A stretch of DNA of 63,944 bases, filler included, from Folioceros fuciformis (Eukaryota): NCBI GenBank assembly GCA_049999805.1. It is 11 parts of 11 records of this genome, joined end to end, with 100 filler letters (N's around TTAATTAATTAA, not from the genome) between each part and the next. Parts side by side here need not be neighbours in the genome. Positions count along the whole stretch, not along the records: positions 27,866 to 37,774 come from JBNGIO010003455.1; positions 37,875 to 40,487 come from JBNGIO010003457.1; 9 more parts are not named here. One strand, written 5' to 3'. Below, piece by piece: positions 27,866-40,487 of this stretch (its first letter is position 1; every line of letters starts with the position of its first letter). The translations under genes and the position numbers were made by a program. The notes below the pieces were generated by a model that ran no database searches, was not told where the DNA came from, and saw nothing but the letters and a program-made list of their open reading frames with translations.

Positions 27866-30800
27866 TGGCAGGGGACAGGCCCTCTGCTCATGTGCATGAT
27901 GGGGGCAGGGGGCGCTACGAGAATGTAGGTGCGGGTGTGTTTGGATCTGGGAGGGGCTTGGGTCTGCCAGATTATGGACGGGGCAAATCCTATGTGAGCG
28001 ATGCAGTGGTGGCGGACCTCACCATGCCCAGCTTCGACTTCCTGGCTGGCGGGGTGCAGGGAATGGAGCCTCGGAGTAGGGGGACTCATCGGAGGAGAGA
28101 AGAGCCCAAAGAAGTGTACCATGATCCGGAGAGGGAGTCGTTTGAGGCAGAGCTGGAGCGAGTGCAGAGGCAGCAGGAACACGAGAGGCTGCAGAAGATT
28201 GAGGAGAAGGAGAGAGCAACTCTTCAGGCTAAGAAGGAGGAGGAGGAGCAAAAGCGCTTGGCCATGGAGGAGGAGGAGAGGCTGATGAAGCTGGAAGCTG
28301 AAACCAGGGAGGCCCAGGCCCGTGCCGAGCAGCAGGCTTTGGAAGCTGCTAGAAAGGCTGCTCAGGAGAAGATTGCACGTGAAGAGGAAAAGAAGCAGAT
28401 GCAATTAGAGGAGGAGAGACGCAAGGAAAATGCCCGGCGCAAGCTGCTGGAGCTTGAAGAAAGAATTGCTCTGCGGGAACGAGAACGAGAACGGATGGCT
28501 GATGCTGGTCGCACCATGGACGATGGATCTAGCAAACGAGCGGATACTGAAAATCAGGCATCTGCTTCATTTTCGAGTTGGTTAGATAAAGAAAGCAGGT
28601 ACAAAGATTCTAAAGCGGTTGATGGAGACAGCATGGCTGCAACTGGACCTGGACCTGGACTGGAGGTGACGAGCTCCTTGGATGATGATGAAGCTGGTCT
28701 GCATTCTATTCGAGGCCGTGTTTTCGCCCCAGTGCGCTCCAGGTATTTATATGAGGACAGCAATGGGGCCGGCATTCCCTCCAGCTTGAATGATGGGATC
28801 CAGTCGCCAACCTCCCGAGACTGTGTCGTTGGAAGTTTTTCAGAACGCAGATCAGGAGATCACACTGATGCCTTCAGGTCTGAGTCCTACACCACGTGGA
28901 GGCATGACTCGGCCGATGCTAGCCATTGGGCAGCTGTCCCCTCGCAGCAGACAATTTCCCTACCCGGTCCCGATGGAGTTGGCGACACTCAAAGATTATC
29001 GAAAGGCCAGAATCCATCTGGTGTAAGGCATTTTTCTGAGCGGGACTTGAGAAGTGCTCCTTACGCTTTTCCCGGTAAGAATTCTGGAGATCATTTAGTC
29101 AGGAAGGACGTGGAGCAGGATCCGGCACAGAGCTGGAGGTGGGCACCGCCGGATGGAAATGCCAACACTAAGTTTCTGTATCCACGCCCAGGGGCTCCTA
29201 ATTATGACACTTACTTTAGGAATACTCCTTTTGAGAAGGAGGGTAGTCGTCGCTGGTTCAGGGACAAGCCTGACCGTCATCGGACTAGAGATGTTCCACA
29301 ACGGACCCCGCCTGCAGCAACAATTTCTTCAGGGTCTGATGCAACGGCTGGCCCTTCAAATCACTCCTTACCCAAGCAAACACGGGGACCTCAACCTGTT
29401 TTATCACCGCCCAACGACTCAAAGAAAGTGGCTGATGACGCAGATGCTACTCCTGCAGTTGATGAATCTTGTGAAGAAGATGCAGGAAGGAAGGTGGGTG
29501 TTACCTCATGGACCAATCCGAATTCTCCAGATGATACTACTGGCAATTCCCAGGTTACACGGAGTGCGATTCAGCAACCTGTAAGCCAGCGGCCTCAATG
29601 GGAATCACTTTTTTCACAGCAGGATACGAGGTGGCATCGGGGTGAGCAGTCCTCATCGCCATCTCTTAGGCCGCATGGTACATTTGTGCAGGCTTCTCGC
29701 CCCGCCAGAGTGGAGCACAGCGATCTTCAACAGTCCCAGCCAGCAGCTTCTGTGTCTTTGAAATCAGATCCTGGTTTTCGAGCAGCAGCTGTGGCTTCAC
29801 AGGGTGAGATACAAGGTGTGGTTGATGAGGTACTGCCGCCTCACACTCCTGATACGTCAGAAGAGCAATTTGGTTCAGGACGGGGCATGCAAACTGTCCA
29901 AGCAGATGAGAGTCAAAGGGTGATGGTGTCTATTGAAGAGAATGTGGAACCTGAAGATGTCATTCCACAGGCAGATGACTATGATGTACATTCAGAAACG
30001 GAAGCTGAGAGTGAAAAGGCGGAGTTTCAGCTTGATGATGAAGAGTCTATGGACAAAGCTTTGGCTGTGGAGGTCAAAGTAGATGAGGCTGTTGACTGGG
30101 AAAGCCAATTACAGAGCTTGCAATCAGAGAGCAGCTCGGTCGGTGAGCAAGCCCAGGAGCTAATTATTGAACGGGACGACCCGCCTCAGCTGGTATCAGA
30201 ACCCGTGCTTCAGCCCTGTCCTCCGAAGGTGTCATCCAGTTTAACCCCGTCGGGATCCCTGGGCCTTAGTGACTCGAGAGAATCTGCAACACCTCAGCTT
30301 GTATCCTCCACATCATCATCTGCGCAGAGCAAGCCTGATTCAGTGAATTACTCAAAGCCGGAACCCCTGGTTATGACCACCCCCGAAGCGGAAGGTGTCC
30401 TAGTCAGCATGCCTATGGATACTCCTGTCCCTTTGGTTTCAGGAGCTGCCATCCACATAGGGTCCATACCAATGCCCCTTCATCCATATCCTCAGTTTGA
30501 CTTGAAGGATTTCCAATCTGCACTATTCCAGTTTGGGCAGGTGGGGGAGGATGCGTCTGAGTTCTCTACTGATGTAAAGCAGAGTTCTCCACCACGTGTG
30601 TCACCCAGAAGAGAGCAGGCTCCTTCCAAACCACAGCAAGGCAGTGTCCAAGACCAGTTATTTCTTTCTCCAAAATTTTCTCAGCCTGGACATGTGTCTC
30701 CTGGAAGTGGCAAAGGTGTGGGACTAGATACGCCACATCCACCTTGGGCAGCTCAATATCTCTCCCCTGTTGCTGTTGTGGTGCCTTTAGCAGATGAGAA

Positions 30801-33800
30801 ACAGGGCCCACACGACACTTCTGTTGCCTCTCAAGCTAGCGCCTCTGGTGTTATGTTGGAAGCCACGTCTTCTTCTGCCTCAGACTTGCAGGAGGATAAT
30901 GCAGCGCTGGTTGATAGCAGTCTCATTGAGTCAGATGCCTTGACAGTAGGTGATGAATTTGTGGACAACAACTGGCAGATGCCTCTACAAAACAGATCTA
31001 GAAATGCTGCAGCCCGCGGAGCAGGAATAGTTGGTAAGGGAAAGGTGAGAAATAGCGTGACTTCAGGAGGAGGGAGTGCCCAAATTGGTACAGACAGTTC
31101 GTCTTTTGTCTCTGGGCCCCTGGACGTCAGGTCGGATGGTATGCCTATGAAAGGTAGGGCAAGTAGGACCCGGCATAGAAGGAAGCTGGAGCCCAGGAGC
31201 AGGGATCCTGCAGGAAATGCAGATAAAGAGTCATTTCCCGTGGGTGAGAGCCTGCAGAATGAAAGCACCAACTGTGTAGATGCAGCAAAATCTAGTTGGT
31301 TTCCTGGCATCCATGCAGAAGGCGGTATGAAGAAAGAACGGCCCAAGGAGCCTTGGGTTCAGGCGCCCGAGAGAAAAAATGTGAGCAGTGGCCGACAAAA
31401 CTTGCATTCCGCTGGTTCAGGTTTCTCGCACAGAAACAGGAAAGGTGATCGGGCTGGCAGCAGTGAGACATCGTCAGGTAGTGGTGTTATTGTTGGTAAC
31501 ACCGCAGATGGGCTTCTGGGCAAATATGGCACCTCGGAAGTGGCACCTGATGCTGCTGGTGAGCGTGGCAATGTTCAGGCATCCCAGCAAGTGGGGGGTG
31601 GTATGCCTGTGGAAGATGATGACTTCATAGAAGTGAGGTCTAAGCGGCAGATGCTCAATGACAGAAGGGAGCAGAGGGAGAGAGAGAAGGCAAAGACAAT
31701 GGATGTTAAGGTATGAAAGTCGTGAACTAGTGGATTGCTTCTGGCTTAAAACTCTGTACCCAGCCTGGCTCCAGCTGATCTGTACATCTGTGAAGCAGAG
31801 TTACATCTGTTGCTCATTGAGTTCTGAACGTGGTCTTTTGGTAGTCTAAGGAGCACTCAGCCCGGAAGCAAAGGACTGCACCAAAGTCAGGTTCCCTGGC
31901 GGATCCCAGTGCCATTCATGGTGGCAAGTCCGGCTTGATTTCTGCAAAAGACCGAAGGTCAACGGTGAATTCAGGTCCTTCAGGCGTCAGCCAAAGATTG
32001 CTCGAGTCCAACTCTGCACCTCCAGCTGCAACAGTCAGGTCAGTCCAGTCACCGCTTCCCAGCTGTTTGACGCAGGTAGGTCCCACTCCCATGTTTGGGT
32101 GGCCAGTGCTGTCTTCCTTCCCTCAATTCGGTCGTCTGGGTCTGGCAAATTGTGCAGGTCAGGGAACACAAGCTCAGCCTTGGGAGAGCTTACAAATTTG
32201 TCCACTTCTGAAGATCCTGTTCTTATACCAGAAATCTTCCCGCCAACAATAATGTGGGGCAGAGTGAGATCTACTGTAAAGGTGTGTCAGAATTTGGCTG
32301 TTGCCTTCGAAGTCCTGATTTATTTTGCTAATTGCCAAGCGTGCAGTGTGAGGTGAATGCCTGTTCATGTTGTCTTTGTGATTAGCTTGCCAGAATGTTG
32401 CTATCACGTGTGGACTTCCAAAATGTAGACTTCCCATAACATCATTCTCTGACAGGTGGTTGGAACACAACCTCAGCCTGAAGAGGAGAAGAGGCCTTTG
32501 TCTTTCGAGGTCTCTGCGCAGCCAAAGATGCACTCTAGTGATAGAGGTACAATGGTCGTAGAGCCTGGTCCGTTGGTCAACAGCATGTCAGCTGAAGATA
32601 AAGTACCCACCCCAGCATCTGGACTTGTTGGTCTTTTCTCAGCGGGTGACGAGATTCAATTTGGTGGGTGGTGGTCTACAAGTCCATCGTTGTTATTTCT
32701 GCAAGAATTTTTGTGGCCTATATTTTCAACCAACACCCTTTCAGACTCACTGTCTCTTTGCTTCCATCGGCATGTGAGTTAAGCTATATGGTCTTTGACA
32801 TGTGGTGGTGCAGGAGCAGTTATACCACCCACCTTGCTCATGCAAAGCAGTCAGGTCTGCACACCAGCTGTTAGCGCTGTGACATCTGGTTCCCGGGGCT
32901 TCAGAGTTGATGGCACCAGTGATGGCTTTGAGCAACACTTAAGTGAGCCTGAGAGGCAGAATGATTTGGCGAGCTTTTCCTCAAGGGGAAAACGGACAAG
33001 AGGAAGTGAGCTGATCCTTGAGGTGGTGGNNNNNNNNNNNNNNNNNNNNNNNNNNNNNNNNNNNNNNNNNNNNNNNNNNNNNNNNNNNNNNNNNNNNNNN
33101 NNNNNNNNNNNNNNNNNNNNNNNNNNNNNGGGTTGGGGTTGGGACTGAGGCTGACGCCGAAGCTGAAGCTGAGGCTGAAGCCGAGGCAGCTGCCTCAGCA
33201 GTAGCAGTTGCTGCAATAAGCACTGATGATCCTTTCTCCCAGTCCCACCATGGTGATGCTCAGAGCTCAGTTTCTGTGCCTGCCATTTCGGTGGCAGGAG
33301 TGAAAGGCTCTTACAGGCAAACAGTTCCAACGACAGGCTCCATCAGTAAGTGCATCTCATTGGTTAGGAAGCTGGAGCTTGGCTAACTAACGAGTTTTTG
33401 AAGCCTGTGGATGAACTTCTTTTCTTGTTTGCTCAATCTTTTTGCTCGCAGCTGAATCTTTGCTGCTGCCTATCTGGGTTTCCCCTATTTCTGTGAACCC
33501 TGACTGCTAGCAAGTATGGTTTCCAACTGTTAAGCAAAATTGGTGGTTTTCACCGCTTTCGCTCAACCTCGGTGGGTGTTTTCAGGCTTGAACATGGGCG
33601 CTCAACGAGTGGTACAGCCTCCCATGTCAGAGGACTCAGTGACTGTTGCACTGCCTCCAGACCTGTCTATTGATTCCTCCGCACTGCTCCGGGGTATTGT
33701 GGCCAGTCAGGGTCCATCAGTGCAGGTCTTTACTGGAATGCCTGGAGGCCAGTCCCCTTTCCCTGTGTCAGAGGTGGGAGCAATGTTGGGCGGTCCCGTC

Positions 33801-35306
33801 TTTGGATTCCAATCAGGGGAGGAAATGATCTCAGGACATCGGCAGGGGAAAGATGCCTCGGTTCTCGAGCATGGAGTTCCATCTGTTGGGCCTGGTGGCT
33901 GGCGTCAGCATGTGGGGGTAGCCGATTCTTTATATGGGACACCGTCCTCAAGCTTTTCTGGGGCGTTCATGAATAGTGGGATGCCAAGCATGCAGGCTGC
34001 CCCACATATGTTGGCTGTGTACACTAATCCCTTTGCTCCTCTGAGCCAGTTCGGTCATATGGGATTTCTGCCCGCCTACCTAGCATCAGGCAAACAGCCT
34101 GATTGGAAACATACTCCCATGAATTCAAGTACAGCTGTAGGGATGACCAATGAAGTTGGAGGACTTGTCAACATAGGTCCGAGCCAGCACAACTCAGGGG
34201 TATGCAGTCCTTTGGAGCAATTCAATCCTGGTTCTTTGAGACATGTTTCACCTGCACCTGTGCTCTTTAGTAGGAACACATCTACTTGGTTCCAGGTAAA
34301 TACACTGGGATATTGATGTGGAGGTATGCGGGACAGCGACACCTTAGCTGGCTCCTAGCTTTGCTGGGTGACGTTTCTAATTAACGCGTTATTGCTGTGT
34401 ATGCAGATATCGGGTGCCGAGGTTCCAGTGCAATCCCAATGGTCTCATGTCCAAGGACTTCCCTTGCATAACACGCACCTCCCTCCATCGTTGCTCAGTT
34501 TTGCAATGTCATCAAGAGAGGTGCGAAATGCGCAAGCAAACTTGGAGTTCTTGCCTTCTCGGAGCATGGATATTCCTGTTGGATTGGGCCCGGTTGGGGT
34601 AAAAGGTGCAGTATCAAGTAATGGGCCCTTAAGGTCGGTTGATGCTACTGTCTCTCGGTTCCCAGATGAGCTTGGTTACCTAGTTCCCTCTCAAATGGCA
34701 GAATTGAACTCTAACTTCAGCGAGCTTAAGCCACCAGGTGGAGTTATGAACAGTATGGGACCAGGAGTTCCTCCCAGCCGGATGCAGCGCAACAGGCGAC
34801 CTTCCAGAGTGTCGCGAGGTGGTGAGGGTCGTGGAGCAGGTGCAAATGGTAGCGTGAAGGGCAGTAATGGAATCCTAGGATCAACTGGTGGACAGAGGGC
34901 AGTACTAGCAGATGGACTGCCTCCTCAGCATCTCCCTTCTCTTACTCACAATGAGCAGTACCCGTTTGGGCAACCTATGGGAATGGTGGACAGAGGGGGC
35001 CTTATCCCTCAGGGTAGTGTTTCCAGAATGGGAGTAAAAGGACATGGCTGGACTGGTCAGGTGAATCGGAAGGCTCAAGGTGCTGCTGCCAAGCAGCCCT
35101 CGTTTGGTGATCAGCGTCCTCTAGTTCAAGGTGGTGATAAGTTTTCTTTACCGACTGCGAGATTTAAACAGGTGTACGTGGTGAAGCCTCCAGCGCCGCC
35201 CTCGAAGAGGGTTGTCCCGGTGAATGGCACAGAATCGGTAGGTCGCGCCAACATTTTTACCCCTAATGTGGGTGATCAGCAGGGTGGTGACACACTTGGT
35301 CGCTGA
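27866..35306 (+). CDS. Large conserved plant disordered/coiled-coil protein (AT3G50370-like), 5'-truncated, multi-exon
   Basis: A 1274-aa open exon with an E/R coiled coil (EEERRKENARRKLLELEERIA). Conserved islands FQFGQ, DDDFIEVRSKRQMLNDRREQRE, EIQFG, EAEAEAAASAVAVAAIS, ALPPDLS and GKQPDWKH. Confidence 0.8.
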
Positions 35307-37472
35307 ACGTGTATTGCACAAGTCTGTTGTAGTGTACATCATTTTGGTAGGCGGGTTACTATCTCTTGATCACCACAGAGTCTACCCGGTTTGCAATTCT
35401 TTCCCCGCACGCCCTTGCAGTCAGTTGCAAATCGCTTGTAGTTCCCGATGAATGGATTTTCTCCATGATTGCCCAGTTTTGTTCTGACAAGCGTTATCTG
35501 AGCTTCTCTCCTTGGTAGGTCTGTGTGCAACTTTCTGCCACTGGCAATAACGGTTTGTGGCCCTAGCCCATTATGGGTAGTACCGTACAAGGTTATCAAT
35601 TAGCATTATGTTTGACTGGAATTAAAGGACCATAGCTATTTCTCCAGTCGTGAATTTTGACGACAATTTATGCACCTGCGGATCTGGTTTTCGTCGGGAT
35701 CACACCCGCAGTGCGGACCAGCGTGGTGATCTGCTCTGGTTTGCATGGTATTTTGCGTCCAGCCCAGTTTTCAGCGGGGTATCCTGCGCCCAGGGTGGAT
35801 ATCCCACGGGGTCTTTCCATCATGGTTGTGAAAATTGCGATCCCTCAGTTATATCTTCTGTCGTCCATGTCCTCTCGTGTACACTGTTGAACACATCTAA
35901 CGCTGAGAAAGGGGACTTGAATATTTGCACTCCCTAACCGCCTGAACGATTCAGGCTGAATCGTTATGCGCGCGTGGACGTTCTCGACTGCGATGTATTT
36001 AACGGTTAGGCAAGGCGCTTGTCAAAGACAATAATTATCTCATGGAATAGACAGATATAATATCTATGCTACAAAGCCAAGATTCTTAAGGAATACTGGT
36101 TTTCTGTCCATTTGATAGTTGCCCTAAACCCTAAACCGATGATAATATTTATTTATATTTTTTTGTACCATTATGTAAATATATTAGATTAGTTCAAGGT
36201 CACGATATTTATACTATATATTTATTATATATCACATTCATATCATATCGCATCTTGTATGAACATATTATATCGCATAGAGGCTGTAAGCTTTTTTGAT
36301 ATTACATTATATCTCGTGTGTGTCGAGAATATCATGATTTTTAAGTATCGTATCGAAAATATCATATTTTCTGAGTCTCGGAGTATTACATAATGTAACT
36401 TCTCGAGTGTTGGAAGATTAGCTATACTATACGATGTCGGGACCAAGATATTTTCTTCGCATGTATTAAAATATTTTGTATTATACTATATCGAATGATG
36501 TTGAATCAAGATTCTGAAATTTACGTGGCATGAGGATGAATATATATATATATATACATTATTAGCATTCCCATGGTGTGCTTAGCTGATGGAGGGCTGT
36601 GGAACGACAAGATTGGGTGGGTCGAGGAGAAGGCGGGAAGAAGTGAAAGGTACAAAGCCAGATTTGCAGGTAGTCTGAATTTCGTCACAGAGAAATTGCG
36701 GAAGGGCCCTCTCTCTGATACAGACGGGGGTCCACAGTAGAGAAATTCAAAATCGGGGTGGAGAAGGAAGCGAATGAGGTACACGAGAAGGAGAGGGAAG
36801 GAGATTGGTTGTTTTCTCGAAGCTAGCACGCCATGGCCTGACTTGGCATCTCTTTCTCTCTCCACCTTCCTTGGGCTGGACTGCTGCAGAGACGAGAGTG
36901 CAGCTGGGTTGGCCTCATTCAGGCTCAGACAGACAACGCCTAGGCCTTGCTGGTGGTGTGTTGCTAGCATCGTGGCTACGGACGACGCTGCTGCTGCCGT
37001 TGCTGTTGCTCGTAGGGCAGGTTTGTGACGCTCCGGCTGCGCTGCAGCTCTCGCAGGCGTCTCTGACTGCACGGGACGTGCGGCTGGTGAGGCGGCTGCA
37101 GGTACGGGCACAGAGTGCGGCTTCCATGCATTGACAGGGCGGGGAGGACGGTGGAGGGGCGGCGGTGGCGGCGGCGGCGAGCCGGACCATGGTTTGTGAG
37201 GGGCGAGGCTGGCGCATTGAGCATGAGTAGGTTGAGTCGCAGGGGCCCATGTCTGTGCAGGAGCAGGGGGCCGGGACATGTTCCCGGGTCTAGAGCGCAT
37301 TGCTATGGACCTTTAACTGCTGGCTTCAGCCGCTGGTTACCACGGCTGGTGCTACTGTAGGGATCCCTAGGCCAAGAGGGGTGTGAGGGAGCGGCAGGGC
37401 TGCTGATCTCCCAGTTCTTGAATTTGGGGGCCCTGTCTTCCCGCGAGCTGGCTCTCGCCATAGGTTTGGCAG

Positions 37473-37774
37473 ATGGCGAAAGGGAGAGCGGCCAAGAAAT
37501 ACGTGGATTCTTACACGGTAAAGGGCACGACGAAGGTTGTACGAGGTATGGTGCACAAGCCCTTACTGCTGTGTTTGATTTAGTCGTCTTGCTCTCTCTC
37601 CCTTTGGTAATCGCAAGAACTTTCGGGCCGTGCAGCTGGCGATTGTGTTCTCATGCGGGCAGCGGACCCGGACAAGCCCGCTTACGTAGCTAGGATAGAG
37701 AGGATAGAGGTTGATGTGAGGAACAATTACAAGGTGCGGGTGCGGTGGTATTACCGGCCGGAGGAGTCTATGGG
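37473..37774 (+). CDS. EBS: BAH-PHD chromatin reader EBS/SHL, 3'-truncated. Exons 37473-37545 and 37636 onward
   Basis: Spliced product [71 protein letters not shown]. Absent from the ORF track. Confidence 0.92.
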
Positions 37775-38149
37775 NNNNNNNNNNNNNNNNNNNNNNNNNN
37801 NNNNNNNNNNNNNNNNNNTTAATTAATTAANNNNNNNNNNNNNNNNNNNNNNNNNNNNNNNNNNNNNNNNNNNNCGCCTATACCGAACCCCCTTCCTCAC
37901 GCTCCCGAGGCCACAACTCGCCCTCACATGCTCGACTTAGGGTTCCACACACACCGGCACCCCTCTCCACGAGCACACCCCACCCCCTACTTCGCATTTT
38001 CCACAGCCACAGGTTAGCTAGACCGCTATCTCCTATCATCCTATCTCACTTAGCCCTATCTAACATAGTTTCCTAATTATCTCTCCAAGGAATAGTATCA
38101 AAACTCCAAAAAAAACAAATACTACCCATTTCTAAGAGACCTATCTACC

Positions 38150-40487
38150 ATGTGGTCTCCACAATCATCTATGCATTGACAAATCTGACAAGGGTAGTCC
38201 GCTAGTGGAATCCAATCTGCTGTGATAATAGAAGGGTCAAGATTGGGCAAGTGGCAGGGTGCGCAATTCTTGANNNNNNNNNNNNNNNNNNNNNNNNNNN
38301 NNNNNNNNNNNNNNNNNNNNNNNNNNNNNNNNNNNNNNNNNNNNNNNNNNNNNNNNNNNNNNNNNNNNNNNNNAATAGAAGGGTCAAGATTGGGCAAGTG
38401 GCAGGGTGCGCAATTCTTGATGTGGTCGGTGGTGATCCGACCATCCGAGTCTTGCAATAATAGGATGCCATTAGGCTTGACCTCCTGAATCCGTAACACA
38501 TGCCGACTGCTAGAAGTGTCCAAGGTATCTGAGGTTTGCCTTTGGAGGCAAACAAAGGCTCCTACCTAGAACTTCTTGAGCTTGGGCCTAAAACTACCTC
38601 CCCTAGTGTGTGCATAATGAAGGGTATCCCAATGCTAGGCAATGTGCAAGTTAGCCATTGCCATGGACATGGCCTGTTTGAACAAGGTGGCCCTGTCCCC
38701 TATCACACGTGCCCATGTAGCTGCATCATCCAGCTTGACAACTTCTAGCATTTGTTTGGCTATAGAACTTGGTGGAATCGGTTCTCTACCAAACAAGAGG
38801 AAGTAAGGAGAAAAGTGGGCAAGGGTAGCATGTTTGCTCAAGCGGTAGCCCATTGCGATATATGGAAGCATGAGATCCCAATTTGTTTTGGGTTGTTAGA
38901 GACACAGCTTGCGAAGCCCCTTCTTCATAGCCTGGACCATGCGCTCAACTAAACCATCAGCCTGCGGGTGGTCCCGGCTAGTTCTCCTGTGGTCAATAAG
39001 GGCTACATCCATTAGATCCTAGAATTCTCCTCGAAACTCAGAACCCTGATATATGAAACACTTCGCGCAACCACCAAACCTACTGAGCACACATTGTAGG
39101 AAGGCTTGTGAGGTACTCTTAGAGGTCTTGTTTGGCAGGGCCACTATCTCCACCCAATTGCTGAAATGTTCCATCATGATCATCGCATACAGGTTGCCTC
39201 ATGGAGACTGCGGGAGCTCACCCATCAGGTCGCATGACCATCTGAAGAATAAACCCATGATGGGCAAAGGGTGTAGCTTTGGGTGCTGCATGGTGAAGGA
39301 AGCCTTCACACAGTCACATTGCTTGCAACAAGCTATTCGTTCCTTCACTTGTTCATGCGTTCGATGCCAGTAGAAATAGGGAGTCAACAGGCTGTAGGTG
39401 CGTTTGACCCAAAATGGCCCATGTCATCGTGCACCCTACTGATGAGGGCAGCACAATTTGCTGGTGGGGGTACCAATCGCTCCACCCCTTGAGCCTATTG
39501 ACGGATGAGGTGTCCGTCCCGCCAACAATACTTGGTAGCCCGCTGGTGAACACGTTCCCTTGTGGCTGCAGTCCAAGTGGGGTCCTCTCTACTTGTCTAC
39601 ACATATTGAAGGGTAGCTGGATCTTCCCAAATATCCTTGGAGGACAGTTGAGCTGCATCTACAGGCAACTGTCCCAAGCAAGTCATGGCCACCATAGCCG
39701 ATACTGCAAACATGGTGTTGTCCTCTTCATCTCGGCGAGCTCCGGTGGTATCCACACAACTGCTGTCAGGATTTTGTGACAAGGTATTAGCATTCTGGTG
39801 CTTCACTCCTGGCCAATGTTCAACCTGGAATTCGTGATCATGGCCCAACGTGCGAACTTGCCACTGAGCTTGGTGTTGGTCATCAGCCACTTGAGTGGTT
39901 GATAGTCTATCACCAGTGTGAACTTCTGACCATATAAATATGGTCTAAAGTGGCACACAGCCCACATAGCAGCAAGGCATTCACCCTCGTAGCTGTTGTA
40001 GTTAGCTTCAGCTCGATTGTTGCTACGCAAGGCGTAAGCAACCACACACTCACAACCTGCTTCATCCTGTTGAGCCAGCACAGCCCCTAGCCCTAGACTA
40101 CTTCAATCTGTGTGAACTACAAAGGGCTTGTTAAAATTGGGTCTGGCCAACAATGGTGCAATGGTCAGCTCCAACTTTAAGGTGTCAAAAGCTTGTTGTG
40201 CGTGCTCTGCCAATGTGTTGAGTTATCGAGCTCTATATAAGCTAAACTCATGTGGTGTTAGTTATCCCGGTTGGGTTCATACTAATGGGTATGTATACTC
40301 GATCGTAATTGCATACCCTAGAAATGCACGCAGGGCTGATACGGTGGTCGGTTGTTGAAATTGGGTATGCATACTCGATAGTAATTGCATAACCCTAGAA
40401 ATGCACGCAGGGCTGATACCGTGGTCGGTTGTTGAAATTAGGTATGTATACTCGATAGTAATTGCATAACCCTAGAAATGCACGCAG
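38150..40487 (-). mobile_element. Degenerate Ty3/gypsy pol fragment (RT connection, RNase H, integrase, start of a Cys-rich PHD-like finger)
   Basis: LRAFLGLCNYYR, VAYALRSNNRAEANYNSYEGECLAAMWAVCHFRPYLYGQKF, LHPLPIMGLFFRWSCDL, SPYFLLFGR, KNCAPCHLP and DYPCQICQ, with stops and frameshifts. Confidence 0.92.
40287..40487 (+). repeat. 76/77-bp tandem repeat (about 2.6 copies) made of pol coding sequence
   Basis: Units start at 40287, 40363 and 40440, and the array runs into the scaffold end. Confidence 0.9.

Noticed and set aside
38227..38420. 47-bp direct repeat in the integrase tail
   Set aside because: The identical copies sit on either side of a 100-N gap, which indicates an unmerged contig overlap.
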